Assembly (NCBI GenBank): GCA_964016885.1 | Contig: OZ024742.1 | Span: 113,584,001-113,648,000, forward strand | Reading direction: 5' to 3' | Origin: Eledone cirrhosa | Lineage: Eukaryota | Length of the DNA stretch: 64,000 nt | In this document: positions 1 through 13,100 of the stretch, piece after piece | Layout: every line of letters begins with the position of its first letter | How positions within the stretch are numbered: position 1 is the first letter of the stretch | Notes under the pieces: generated by a model | Database searches by the model: none | The model's input: the letters and a program-made list of their open reading frames with translations, nothing else | Told to the model about the DNA's origin: nothing | Translations under genes and position numbers: made by a program

Positions 1-2826
1 TCCCATACCTTGAGGCGAGGAGTATTCACCAGTGCAACAATATCCTCAAAGCAACAGCAAATACGGTGAGGAAACTACTTGGTATAAAAGCGAGAGGAAA
101 CAACAGACAAGAAAGAGCAGAGCCGTGGTGGAAGAAGCGACTGAGTGGGCAAATCGGGGAAATGAGAAATGACATAGGAAAGCTTGAGTCACTACTGAAT
201 GGGACACTAAAAAACATAGGCACTAAAAATAGACTGGAAATAAAATACAAAACTAGGAGTAAAAAGCTAAATATTATCATAGAGGAATTGAAGCAACGCA
301 TTGTAGCAAAGAGTGCCAAAATCAGGAGATACGAGAACAGAGTCAGTCAGTATAAACAGAACCGCATGTTCGACAACAACCAGAATATGCTGTTTGGACA
401 GCTTGAGGGGAAAGAAAGAGGCAACGACTTGATCCCTGGGGCGGAACAAGCTAAAACATTCTGGAGAGGAATATGGGAGCAGGATGTTAGACACAATGCC
501 CAGGCAGGGTGGATTGAGACAGTACAGAGGGAGATCGGTGAGCAGGCACAGCAACAGACTGATTTGAGTATCACAGTTGAAACTCTTAAGGGGCAAGCCA
601 AAAAACTAACCAACTGGAAATCACCAGGCCCAGATGGTGTGCAGGGGTATTGGATTAAACATTTAACATCCCTCCACCCGCAGCTGACGGCCATGTTCAA
701 TGACTGCTTGGTGTCGGGTGAGGTGCCAGAGTGGTTGACAAAAGGTACTACAGTTCTGATAATGAAAGACCGAATCAAGGGTAATGATGTTACCAACTAT
801 AGACCTATCACATGTCTGCCCGTAATGTGGAAACTGTTGACGAGCATTGTGTCTGAGGAAATCTACCATCACCTCCACACAAACAACTTGTTGCCGGACG
901 AACAGAAAGGATGCCGAAAGAAGTCACGTGGTACAAAGGACCAGTTGCTTATTGATAAGATGGTAATGGGGAATTGCAGGAGGAGACACACTGATCTTGC
1001 CATGGGATGGATAGACTACAGAAAGGCATTTGACATGGTGCCTCATTCCTGGATCACCAAAAGCCTGGAGATCTTCAGTGTGGCATATAACATCAGACAG
1101 TTGCTGGGCAGGAGTATGGGGTCCTGGGAGACAGAGTTGACATCAACTGGAGTATCCTTGGGAAGCGTGAAGATCAAGAGAGGTATCTTCCAGGGAGATA
1201 GCCTGTCCCCTCTGTTGTTTGTCCTTGCCCTGATGCCCTTGACCATTATGCTGCGAACAGTGAGAGCAGGATACAAGTTGGGAAGGGGAGAGCTTACCAT
1301 CAATCACCTCCTCTTCATGGACGATCTTAAGCTCTTCGGGAAAAGTGAGAAGGAGTTGGATGTGCTTGTTGACACTGTCCGTATTTTCAGCAGTGATATA
1401 TGTATGCAGTTTGGTATTGGTAAATGTGGAGTCATTGTGATGAGGAGGGATAGGTTGAGCAGAAGTAACGGGATCCAGATACCAACAGGTGAGATGATAA
1501 AGGAAATTGACTCTGAGGAAGGATACAAGTATTTGGGCGTTCTGGAGGCTGATGGCATAAAGAACAAAAAAATGAAGGAATTGTTAAGAACTGAATACAT
1601 TCGGAGAGTAAGGAGCGTATTGAAGTCACATCTGAACAGCAGAAATGCCATAAGCGCAGTAAATTACCGAGCTGTGTCTATTATTAGGTACAGTGCGGGA
1701 ATTCTGAGATGGAATGTTGCTGAACAAAAAGAAATGGATAGGAAGACTAGGAAGCTATTGACTATCTACAACATGTTCCACAAGAGGAGTGATGTCGATA
1801 GACTCTACCTAAGGAGATCTGAGGGTGGAAGAGGTCTTATCAGCATAGAGGACTGTGTTCAGATGGAGAAAAACAACCTATACAAATACGTGACCTATAG
1901 TAAGGAGCCAATGCTCAGAGCTGTACTGAAGGAGGGGACAGTAGGCCAGGGGATACCCAAGGAGGAAATAACATCAGGAGGAAGAGCAGCCTTAAGGGAA
2001 AATCCCTTCATAGTACCTTCTTTGAGAAAACTGAATTTAGAGATCCACAGACATGGAACTGGTTGAGAAGAGGAGACCTCAAAAAGGCTACAGAAGGAAT
2101 GCTAATGGCTGCGCAGGAGCAGGCCCTCAAAACGAAGTGGTTGAAGCACCATATCTACAAGGAGGAGGCTAGCCCACTGTGCAGGATCTGGTGAGAGAGA
2201 GAGGAGACTGTGGCTCACATTGTGTCCGAGTGTAAACACCTAGCCCAGACCCACTATAAGGGCTGGAGACACGATGTGATGGGCAGGGTGATCCACTGGC
2301 ACCTGTGCAAAGTAAACAATCTACCACATTCTGAGAAATGGTATGAGCATAGGCCAGAGGCGGTGATGGAGAACAGGCAGGTGAAGGTGCTGTGGGATTT
2401 TAGGATACAGACGGACAAAAAACTGGAACACAATAGACCTGACCTGGTGGTTGTGGACAAAGAAAAAAGATCGTGCCTGATTGTGGATGTGGCCTGCCCG
2501 TTCGACACGAGAGTGCAAGAGAAGGAGAGGGAGAAAATTAACCGATACCAGGACCTAAAGTGGGAGGTGAAAAGGATTTGGAACTGCCATGAAGTCAAAG
2601 TGATCCCGATTGTCATAGGCGCACTGGGGACTATCTCCAAAGGTTTCCAGGGATGGTTAAAGAAAATCGGCCCCTTCACGCTTTTTGGAACGCTTCAAAA
2701 GGCATGCTTGCTTGGAACGGCAAGAACCCTCCGATACGTCCTGAATATCTGAGGCTGCAGGTAGTGGCTTGATATTCAATCCAACGGACTTTCCAGTTAA
2801 CCAACATCAATGACTGAGATTCAAGG
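1..2826 (+). mobile_element. R4/Dong-clade non-LTR retrotransposon, family A (5' end outside window), near-intact
   Basis: RT motifs NYRPITCL, QKGCRKKSRGTKDQLLID, GIFQGDSLSP, HLLFMDDLKLF; RLYLRRSEGGRGL; C-terminal zinc knuckle and restriction-like endonuclease (HNRPDLVV..VDVACP..EKINRYQDL); short 3' UTR then (AAT)n tail. Confidence 0.93.
3..2752 (+). pseudogene. Dong/R4 RT + restriction-like endonuclease ORF, disrupted
   Basis: Frame of ORF 66..2066 is open to the window edge. Comparison with the copy at 3118-3729 shows a 1-nt deletion near 1976 and TGTGGA>TGGTGA (stop) near 2190. ORF 2210..2752 supplies the endonuclease. Confidence 0.88.
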
Positions 2827-2860
2827 AATAACAATAAAAATAATAATAATAATAATAATA
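2827..2860 (+). repeat. (AAT)n tail/target microsatellite between two Dong copies
   Basis: Directly visible AAT run. Confidence 0.9.
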
Positions 2861-4092
2861 CATTCGGAGAGTAAGGAGCGTATTGAAGTCACATCTGAAC
2901 AGCAGAAATGCCATAAGCGCAGTAAATTCCCGTGCTGTGTCTATTATTATGTACAGTGCGGGAATTCTGAGATGGAATGTTGCTGAACAAAAAGAAATGG
3001 ATAGGAAGACTAGGAAGCTATTGACTATCTACAACATGTTCCACAAGAGGAGTGATGTCGATAGACTCTACCTAAGGAGATCTGAGGGTGGAAGAGGTCT
3101 TATCAGCATAGAGGACTGTGTTCAGATGGAGACAAAACAACCTATACAAATACGTGACCTATAGTAAGGAGCCAATGCTCAGAGCTGTACTGAAGGAGGG
3201 GACAGTAGGCCAGGGGATGTCCAAGGAGGAAATAACATCAAGGAGGAAGAGCAGCCTTAAGGGAAAATCCCTTCATAGTACCTTCGTTGAGAAAACTGAA
3301 TTTAGAAATCCACAGACATGGAACTGGTTGAGAAGAGGAGACCTCAAAAAGGCTACAGAAGGAATGCTAATGGCTGCGCAGGAGCAGGCCCTCAAAACGA
3401 AGTGGTTGAAGCACCATATTTACAAGGAGGAGGCTAGCCCACTGTGCAGGATCTGTGGAGAGAGAGAGGAGACTGTGGCTCACATTGTGTCCGAGTGTAA
3501 ACACCTAGCCCAGATCCACTATAAGGGCTGGAGACACGATGTGATGGGCAGGGTGATCCACTGGCACCTGTGCAAAATAAACAATTTACCACATTCTGAG
3601 AAATGGTATGAGCATAGGCCAGAGGCGGTGATGGAGAACAATCAGGTGAAGGTGCTGTGGGATTTTAGGATACAGACGGACAAAAGACTGGAACACAATA
3701 GACCTGACCTGGTGGTTGTGGACAAATAAAAAAGATCGTGTCTGATTGTGGATGTGGCCTGCCCATTCGACACGAGAGTGCAAGAGAAGGAGAGGGAGAA
3801 AATTAACCGCTACCAGGACTTAAAGTGGGAGGTAAAAAGGATTTGGAACTGCCATGAAGTCAAAGTGATCCCGATTGTCATAGGCGCACTGGGGACTATC
3901 TCCAAAAGTTTCCAGGGATGGTTAAAGAAAATCGGCCCCTTCACATCTTTTGGAACGCTTCAAAAGGGCATGCTTGCTGGGAACAGAAAGAACCCTCCGA
4001 TACATCCTGAATATCTGAGGCTGCAGGTAGTGGCTTGATATTCATTCCAACGGACTTTCCAGTTAACTAACATGAATGACTGAGATTCAAGG
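2857..4092 (+). mobile_element. Dong family A, 5'-truncated copy
   Basis: Near-identical to ~1595-2826; frameshifts and a stop; followed by (AAT)n at 4093-4116. Confidence 0.93.
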
Positions 4093-4264
4093 AATAATAA
4101 TAATAATAATAACAATATGATGAGAGAGCTGAATAAGAGCTACAATCGCTTATTATTCAACAATTTTAGATGTGGAATATGCCATGGGACAAAGTAAACA
4201 AATCTAAACAAGGTTACAGTCGCCATAACTAAACGGTTGCCTTTGGGTGGATAATTTATTCTTA

Positions 4265-4600
4265 AAGTGATATTTGACTAACTTATACTCATGTATACCT
4301 GGGACTATAGTTTATCTTCCAAGGATGATCAATGACAATTTCAATAGAGATGATTTGAACTCAGAACGTAATGATCTATAATAATTCACAGACCCTTTGG
4401 TCTTTCTTAAATGTGCATAATACTTATGGAAGGCTAGGTTAATTTTATCCCCCACACAACATAACTATGACTTTATTCTGTCTACTCCAGAATGCTGAAA
4501 TTCAAAGTTTTCCACTGCATAATTTGAACACAAAACGTCTAAACGTATCTAAATGCTACAAAATATTTTATCTAATGCCTTCACATTGCTGCCCCTCCAT
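4265..4600 (-). mobile_element. Two highly decayed tRNA-SINE remnants
   Basis: Residual aaggatga...gatttgaactcagaacgtaa (~4320-4370) and ctttattc...aatttgaacacaaaacgt (~4470-4540) match the SINE seen elsewhere. Confidence 0.45.
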
Positions 4601-5770
4601 CAACATTAATAATAACGACAGGAAATAATGGACACGATTTTGTGAATAAAGTGATGTATAATACTTTCGCTGTATTTCGTCTGTAGACTGAGCTGGGTAT
4701 TAGTTACAGCGTTATGGGGATAAATGGATTGGAGTGTCTAGTGTATAAGCAGTCGAGAAGAGTATATAATTGACTTCCCAGCCATCTTGATCGTCACACA
4801 ATTTCTCGAGATATATTAAAGCAATGCCAATAAAGAAAGTGGGATTTTAGAAATTTGATGTTAGAAAAGATTTGAAAGATAATAGAATTTATTGTGAAAC
4901 ATTGATGATCAAGTTGCTGGAAATATCTTTGATGTTCTGCAAAGTATGATATAAACTCAACCAGATATGGATATTAATGGGACGTGCTTCATATATTTTC
5001 TGAGAATGGGAATAAACTGAATGAGGTTACCCGTTAAGCTGATAACGGAGATGAGAAAGTTCTAATGGATATAGATGCATGATAAACAAAATGAATATGT
5101 TTGTTATTTAAAGGCTATGTGTAAATCTAAGTAAATGGCGAGGGTTATTATGGTAATAGAGACTGGGATCTAGGTTAGGGTTAATGGATTTAATATAGTT
5201 GAAATATCATGTAGTTATTATTGGTGAGAACATAGAGTAAGATAGCTACAATATGATGTATAGACATATGCAACTAAATGGGTATACATAAAGATCAAAG
5301 GATATAGAATTCTCTAGAGACCGATATATATGATAGATTGTTCCAATGCAACAAATGGTTTCCTAGCATCTAATGCTGAACTGTTTTACATCGCTGTGTG
5401 GTTAAAGTGTTTGGTTCGCTACTATTTGTTTTCTGCTTAAATAAATGACACTTGACTGAACGCTTGACAAGCATATTATCTCAAGACCTCATGAGAACAA
5501 TTTGGCAGGCGGTATGTTTCTGGAATTCATTCGAAATAGTCGATTCAATTTCATAGAGATTTTTTACATTCACTTCATTTTTTAGACGTACACCCTCGTA
5601 TTTGGCTGTCTTTACTCAGAATTTTCTGTGTGAAACATGCTGTCCAATGACTGGAAGAGAGACTGTTTACGCCTACTACAACCACTCACTGTCTATAAAA
5701 CTCAGTTAAAAGCATTCCCACTTCTTGCTAATCGGAACAAAATCTTGAAAATAATGTATTCAAATATAAT

Positions 5771-5938
5771 TGTTTCTACTTTAGGCACAAGGCCAGCAAT
5801 TACCCAGTGCATTACTGGTACTTTATTTTATTGACCCCGTAAGGATGAAAGGCAAAGTCAACCTCGGCGGGATTTGAACTCAGATCGTAAAGGGACGTAA
5901 CTATGCTGGAAAGCATGGCGTCCGATACTGCCAATCCA
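5771..5938 (-). mobile_element. tRNA-derived SINE (first of a tandem pair)
   Basis: B box GAGTTCAAATCC on minus strand, core CTTTGCCTTTCATCCTTACGGGGTC, tail CCTTGTGCCTAAAGTAGAAAC; small internal deletion in the head. Confidence 0.9.
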
Positions 5939-5949
5939 TCAAATATAAT

Positions 5950-6124
5950 TGTTTCTACTTTAGGCACAAGGCCAGCAACTACCCAGTACATTACTGGTAC
6001 TTTATTTTATCGACCCCGTAAGGATGAAAGGCAAAGTTAACCTCGGCGGGATTTGAACTCAGACTGTAAAGGGACGTAACTATGCTAGAAAGCATGGCGT
6101 CCAACCCTCTACCGATACTGCCAA
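5950..6124 (-). mobile_element. tRNA-derived SINE (second of a tandem pair)
   Basis: A box TGGCAGTATCGG, B box, same core and tail; flanked by TCAAATATAAT. Confidence 0.9.
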
Positions 6125-7019
6125 TCAAATATAATAAAATGTTAATAGAATCGGAATTTTACGATTAAGATCGTTCATCAATGACTGCATTTTCAAAACG
6201 CTTGGCTTCTCTGAACAACAAAACGTTCTTGCCTCAGTTTTTGCAATAGAGAAAGGTAAAATCAACTCTCTCAAAACAGAATTGTGTTAAACGAACAATC
6301 AAACGCTAATAACAAATTCTTCATCGCCGAAGAATTCCACCATTGGGAAAACAAAACATATATTGTACAATGTTATCGTTTAACGGAATTTCAAATTGGT
6401 GCCCGTCGTCTCGTAATAATTTCCAATTAGATGTTCGATATATTGCCAAATTAATAGTATATGATTTATCAGTAAATCATTTTGAAATATCTACTTTCGT
6501 TTATTAAACAACCTTGAAATTTGTTTCATGATGATTTCATCAAATAGACCGAGAAATTGCAGTATGGCATGGATCGATAAATACGTTAGAATAATACGAA
6601 TCGTGAATATTATTTTCATTCTTACTTGCGAAAATGTAAAAATAACAACAGTTTCGGTTTAATAATGTACTACCTCAACTCATAAATATTCAGGTTTCAT
6701 TTGCATGTTTCATTCATTAAATATATTACACATAACTTAACTAAATCAACATAATTAAGGGTAATGCAGATAACATGACACAATATATAGCATCATAGAT
6801 TGCCATAGTCCCAAGCAGTCACCGCTCTAGTAATCAGATGTCCCTTAAATTATAACCGGTTTTCAAGTAAACAGAATCGTAGTTTATAATATATTCTGTT
6901 TTCAATGTTACAGATTTGTATCAAAGTGAGATTCCTTAAGGTTAAGCGCCATGTCTACCCGATGTCTGCCTAAACGACGTAAAGTTAGCGCCTTCTGTGC
7001 ATAAACAGTTATTTTTTTA

Positions 7020-7250
7020 AAAGATCACATTGTGGTGTGAGCAGGTTATGCCTAGAAGGAAGTTTGGCTGGCAAGAAAAGCAGAGGCCGGCAGCCAAAAC
7101 GATGCTTGATAATGTCAACCTATGGACTGGACCTCATCTTTGCTCTTAAACTCTGCTGTTGGTGATCAACATTTGTGCAGAAGAATATCTCATGTTGATA
7201 CGCAGTCTGCAACATGCGGAGTTTAGCGTCCAAGTAGTAGTAAGTAGTCT
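7020..7250 (+). mobile_element. RTE-clade LINE 3' end remnant
   Basis: Translates EGSLAGKKSRGRQPKR/LDNVNLWTG (frameshifted), like RTE C-termini; ends in an (AGT)n-like tail. Confidence 0.6.
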
Positions 7251-7304
7251 CCCTTAGCTTGAGGTACCATAACACAAGATCATTATATATTAGTAGATAG
7301 TATC

Positions 7305-7513
7305 AGGTTTAGGCACGAGGCCAACAGTTTTAGTAGGGGAAAGTCGATGAAATTGATCCCAGTGCGTTACTGGTACTTCATGTTATCGAGCCCGTTAAGA
7401 TGAAAAGAAAAGCTGACCTCAACGGGATTTGAACTCAGAAAGTTAGAATGTCGTAACTAAATACAACAAATCATTTTGTCCTGCTCTCTACCGAGTCTAC
7501 CAATCCACCACCC
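7305..7513 (-). mobile_element. tRNA-SINE, older and longer variant
   Basis: Same head, core and tail, with extra gtcgatgaaattgatccc segment; diverged. Confidence 0.75.
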
Positions 7514-7667
7514 TAACTGGTTTTTTATAAAGCTATTTTGATAATCTGGTGAAGTGTTAGTGCATGCGAGGCAATACTTTCTCATAGATATATTAAAAAA
7601 AAAAATGTTTTGCTTTGAATATTTGCCACTATCATCTGTGAACATTGGCAGCAAAGAAGTATAGACC

Positions 7668-7783
7668 ATTACGTTCTCAGTTCAAGTTCGGCTGACGTTA
7701 AATTTGCCTTCGATCTTTACGGGGTCGAAAACTAATGCACTGGGGAAATTCTTGGCTTTGTGCCAAATGTAGAAACAATTATT
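7668..7783 (+). mobile_element. tRNA-SINE partial copy
   Basis: tttgccttcgatctttacggggtcga...ctttgtgccaaatgtagaaacaattatt. Confidence 0.7.
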
Positions 7784-8861
7784 TCCACTGTATTATAATT
7801 TTTTCTACTTTTGGCACAATGATATGTTAAAATCCTTCACAAATTTTATATTGTCGTTTCTGTTTAACCGCATGTCACACCTGATAGGACCTACATATAT
7901 CCAATATAATATTATTCATTATAGTCACATCAAACCATTCAATATTAGTACCACATACTACATAATATTTCGTGTGATTTGGAAACCAGTAAGATTTGAT
8001 TTGACTGTTTTATCTTGCAGCATATGAGTAATGGAAACGAAATCTCGATTAAGAACTAAATTACGACTAAAGATTCCCAGGGTTGGCAACACCGTCTCAC
8101 CCAACTCCAATCCAGTAAAATGCAGATAATAGGGAATGATAATATATGGAATGCCTATTGCAGTTGTATATATTGTAACTTAAACTTTCTTTTAATATGG
8201 TGTTTTTTTCTATGTTGTCTAGTTTCGGTAAATACTCTTATTCGACTCTATGCTAATTTTTCCATTTTACGATATCATATTATCTCAGTTGAATGCACAA
8301 AGATTGCAGAAAATAATGGAAAAGATTACATAGAAGAAATAAATATAACCATAAAGAATAAATATTTCTGAGCTATATTCATTTATAAATTACAGATAAA
8401 TGTCTGAGACATGTTTAATCAGTTCACGTCATCCTTTTTTGCTGAACAAGATGTAATATTATTTTGTAATATAATGTTAGGATTTTTTTTATCAAACTAA
8501 ATTCTAACAGAGGCTTCTTAAATATATAAGGATATAAAAACAAAACAAATGTGCCAATGGATGCATCGCTCCTGTACCTGCATTTGGTCGAAATATTTAA
8601 GCAGTGGATATACCAAGGATTGGTATTTGCTGTGTAGATTTATGAGAGACATTCTATAGTTGAAGGGGTAAGTTAGTTATTATCCCAGAATGGAACTTGT
8701 TCGGAATATGGTTGTTGTCCAGTTCTTCACGTGTTCTTATTGGCATAGATATAACCACTTAACATCGATTTTCTGTTGAGACAATACTAACACTGAGGGG
8801 TAGAACATCACACCCAGAAGAATTAATATCATCTCACGTATATATATATATATATATATAT

Positions 8862-8944
8862 ATTGATTTTGTTAGTTTTAGAAGATCCCGTTAAGGGTGA
8901 AAGCACCGATTCTTTGCTTAAACTTTAATCTATTATTTTAATAA
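8862..8944 (+). mobile_element. ~80-bp 3'-terminal fragment of Naiad-1 pseudo-LTR, with HHR motif, inside (TA)n
   Basis: Matches 28860-28945 and 32100-32180; (TA)n on both sides. Confidence 0.8.
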
Positions 8945-10415
8945 ATATATATATATATATATATATGTAATTAATGTGTGTGTGTGTGTGTGATAATATA
9001 ATGCATATTGTTGTGGAACGGATAGTCTGTTACCCGCATTTTTAACAGAACGTTAGTTGCGATTTGATGGAAGCTATTTGCCAGAATGACAGTGGTCGTT
9101 TATTATTTTTTTTGCTTAATTTTATTTTAATTCAAAATACAGTAAATTCGGTGATAAATTCATAGCGTCGTTTGTGTGTGTGTGGTAGACATCATTTTGC
9201 TTAGCATTCCGTGCGACACTAATGGTTTGGGTAATCTATATATGTAAATAGTCCAAATTTAGATGTCATAAACACCTCGCTCTCCGTCGCACTCTCTCTC
9301 TCTCCCCATCTCACTCCTTAATTCGGAGAAAAGAAGGGCTCCACTAGCTGTTTAAAATGTATAAGCTTCGCTACAGTGGGGATAATTGCCCTAGGAAACA
9401 AACAACCGGGCCGCGACGACTTTAAAGCTAAATTCACCTCAAACTCAAATGACATATGATGTGCTTTTATTTAGTTAAGTTTGTAACATATTATGCACTC
9501 TTCTACATGAAACACACCTTCATCAAACGCATATATATAGGATTGGGAGACTACTAGTTACTTAGAAACCAAGATTCCCTGCCTATAGTTAGACTCAAGC
9601 CAGGTATTTAAAATTGGTAGGCTGAAATTAGTTGGAGTCGTCTCGGATGACCTTTTATATAATTCAGTGAAACCATTTATGCTACAAACCATGTGATGTC
9701 AAATCTCCCCCAGAGTTCCGTTATGGTCAGATGTACCTGTGGCTATCTGAGAGGTTAAACTTTAACTAGTTCTACAAAATGTGTTTCTTTGGTCGTACAT
9801 GTGGATCAAATTCCGTCGAAATAGATGCTGATCCATTCCAAATAATTTCTATTTTCAAGCACAAACCATAATTGTAGTATTTATGTAAATATCTTGGGTT
9901 GCTTAAGATAGATCTGTTATCACTCTATTCCACTAATACATGACATGTAGCTGTCAAGAACAAATGTGATGTTCGATCCCAATTAATCCTATTATAAACG
10001 TAAAAAACAAGCTTCCGCTAGAAAAGCACGTGTTGCGAAATTCTTCACATATTGAATAGTGTAATGCGTTCTGCACTTGGATCATCCTTGAAGCATTTCA
10101 ACGAATCTACGCTTTACCAATATACCTTCTCTTTTTCAAAATATTCGAAGTGGCACCCACACACTTAGGTATTCCTCGTTTTGATTTGACATCACATTGG
10201 TAAACGAATATTTTCAAGGCGAGATGGTATGTGCAAGCCCACACATTAAAAAACCCCAGTTTAACGAGATCTAGGGCCGTAGCCAGAACAATCTGGGATC
10301 TTAAGCGCGCTAATAATGAATACACACTATAATGAACGGTGCTGAAATTAGCCCTTTCATATTGGAATGAAAGACGCCTCGCTAAATTATGTCTGGCGGA
10401 GGTGATTGAAATAAT

Positions 10416-10589
10416 TGTTTCTACTTTAGGCACAAGGCCAACAAATACCCAGTGCATTACCGGTACTTTATTTTATCGACCCCGTAAGGATGAAAGGCAA
10501 AGTCAACCTCGGCGGGATTTGTACTCAGATCGTAAAGGGACGTAACTATGCTGGAAAGCATGGCGTCCGACCCTCTACTGATACTGCCA
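10416..10589 (-). mobile_element. tRNA-SINE with 17-bp target-site duplication (TSD)
   Basis: GAGGTGATTGAAATAAT at 10399-10415 and 10590-10606. Confidence 0.93.
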
Positions 10590-11080
10590 GAGGTGATTGA
10601 AATAATGATCGGAAAACACCTTGAACAATTAGGGCATGATAGTGTATCTAATTGCAAGCCCAAGGTTCAGGAAACTTTCGCTTAATACAAACTGGTCTAG
10701 AAGAAGATTCGATACCCAATACCTCTATTTAACTACATCGTATTTAATATATTTCCTCTGGTATTTGAACTCCACCCCCCCGCCCCCCCAAAAAACCAGT
10801 AATCATTCCCAATTTCTTAATTACTTCTACCCACTCTCTACCTTTTATGTCAGGTCACTCTTGAGTCCTACTGATAACCTATAAACCAGTACAACCTGTC
10901 GCATAGTGGGGTCGTCAGCGACTAAACTGGTGACAAGGGTGATTTTGGACACCCTGCAGGACAAAAAACAAAACCTGACAAAGAGCCGAAAAACTCATAA
11001 GAGTCAAAGGCCATCCAAAAATGTGTAAATATGTATATACACATGTACATATGTATGTGTATGTATATACGTGTGTATAT

Positions 11081-11890
11081 CACTGGGGTGTCAGGCAGGG
11101 GCATGTACCTCTGTAGGGAGGGCTAGCCATGCCCTTTTCAGGACAGCTCGTCCTGCATTGGGTCCCACCTGACACTCAGCTCTCACCTGTGGCCCCAAGA
11201 AGCTGTAGCATGCGACAGCTTTGGCTGGTGGGCCGAACCAGGTTGAGGGTAGCCGGATGGGTCTGAAACCCCCCGGTGAGTTAGATAGGGGATGCCTGCC
11301 CCTGCATGCGAAGACTGGAACTGGCGGAGTGAGTGGAGGAGGACAACATCGTCCAAACGGTCACAATGGAGGCGACAGCAAGCGCTGTGGAGAGCTAGGG
11401 CACGGCAAGTCACTACATACGTCGTGTCCATCCACTGCAGCCAAGGATGTCCCTGGTCGTGACGGTTCTCCGTACCACCGGATTCTGGCTTCTGCGGTCG
11501 AGTGAGTTGGACCGTCACTGTGCACTGGCCCTCTCACTATAAACCTTTCCAGAACAGGTTTCTTCTTTCAGCCTGCACTCCCAAAGCCCTGCGGCGATGG
11601 GCGAGAGGTGGAGGTAACAGAATGAGGTAACCTTTGGGAGTTGCAAGTCTTCCCCTGCTCCCACTGTCCACTGATCTGCAAGTCAAGGATCGGCCTCCAG
11701 AGGCACATTCGTGCCCACGGATGACGGGAACAACAATAACGAAGATGGCATCATCGTTTACGATGGACAACCAAGAAGACTCTCTACTTTATCCTATTCT
11801 TAACTTCTCCCCTCTAATTATCTGTCCTCTTTCTATCCCATCTACCCTCTCGACCATATATGGCAAACAACATCAAAACCTTCACCCATG
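11081..11890 (+). mobile_element. GC-rich structured repeat, probable 5' UTR of an RTE-clade LINE with no body
   Basis: Sharp GC rise and several stems; recalled resemblance to RTE 5' UTRs, not verified. Confidence 0.4.
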
Positions 11891-12915
11891 CCGATGGTCA
11901 AAGAATAGCTGTTCGACATTGCGGCACACAGATTGATACTGCTTTAAAGCTATTGCCTCCCCTTCATATCCAGAGGCCAACGTGAAATCTAGTGCGATTC
12001 AGTAAAATTGCATGGAAAGTTTAAAAATGAAATACATTTCACACTTATACACGGTTGTAGAGGGGAAGTGTTAGGATGTCACTGAAGTTAAAATTTATTT
12101 TATTTCTATTTTTTAATTGCCGAGGTTTGTATGCATGTGTATGATGGCATATCTCATTTAATGCATCACAATTTGGAGTTGTGCTATATACATGTTCTTT
12201 CTGTTGTGTTAAAATCCTCGATTACATACATTGCTTATGAGAGGGTAATAACACTGTTGCTATTATTCCATTTGTCTTCAAAATTTTAACTGATTTGCAA
12301 CAACAGCGGACGCATTAAGTAAAGGATAAAAACTGGTGCAAATCAGTGATTACAAAATTGTGAATATAACGGGCAACTCTTTCTAGCAAATTTTGTCTGA
12401 ATAGATTCACTGATCTCGAAATAATTTGTCAACAGTTTATAATTTATTTGTATTATTATTTATCTATTTATTTGTTAAAGGTATAACTAATGCAATCATC
12501 TATTAAGACGCCAAGTTGGAGAAAGGAAGGAGGTAAGAAAGAATTTGTCGTTAGTAAACAAAAACCAACCGGAGTGAAGTAAAGAAAGTAATTATAGTAA
12601 TGGAATCCTTCAAATATTTGACAATTAACCACCCAGTACTAAGGAAGAATGGATTATTTACCTAACACTAAAAGGAAAGTCTTATTACCGACATGGAGAA
12701 CCAAATTATATATATATATACTCAATATATACAGTATATAAGTGAGTAAATTTACCGGGAAAAATATAGGCTTCGGAGAGAAATGATATTAGGAATTCAT
12801 TTGCTTTAAAATATGTTTCAGTGTCAATTTAATCGTCTACATATCTTGACTCCAATATATATTGTTAAAACATATGCAATACTTAATTATCTATCACGCA
12901 TCTTCAGAAAGCTTA

Positions 12916-13024
12916 TACACACACACACGAAAACACACACACCCCAGACGCGCGAACGCCCCCACACCCCACACCCACACACGCACACCCACACATACAC
13001 ACACATATATAGACACACACAAAT

Positions 13025-13098
<74 letters not shown>
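12916..13098. repeat. Compound (CA)n/(TA)n microsatellite
   Basis: Directly visible. Confidence 0.95.

Positions 13099-13100
<2 letters not shown>

Noticed and set aside
26-2679. Antisense ORFs recurring in the Dong copies
   Set aside because: Shadow frames of the RT ORF; they recur only because the element is repeated
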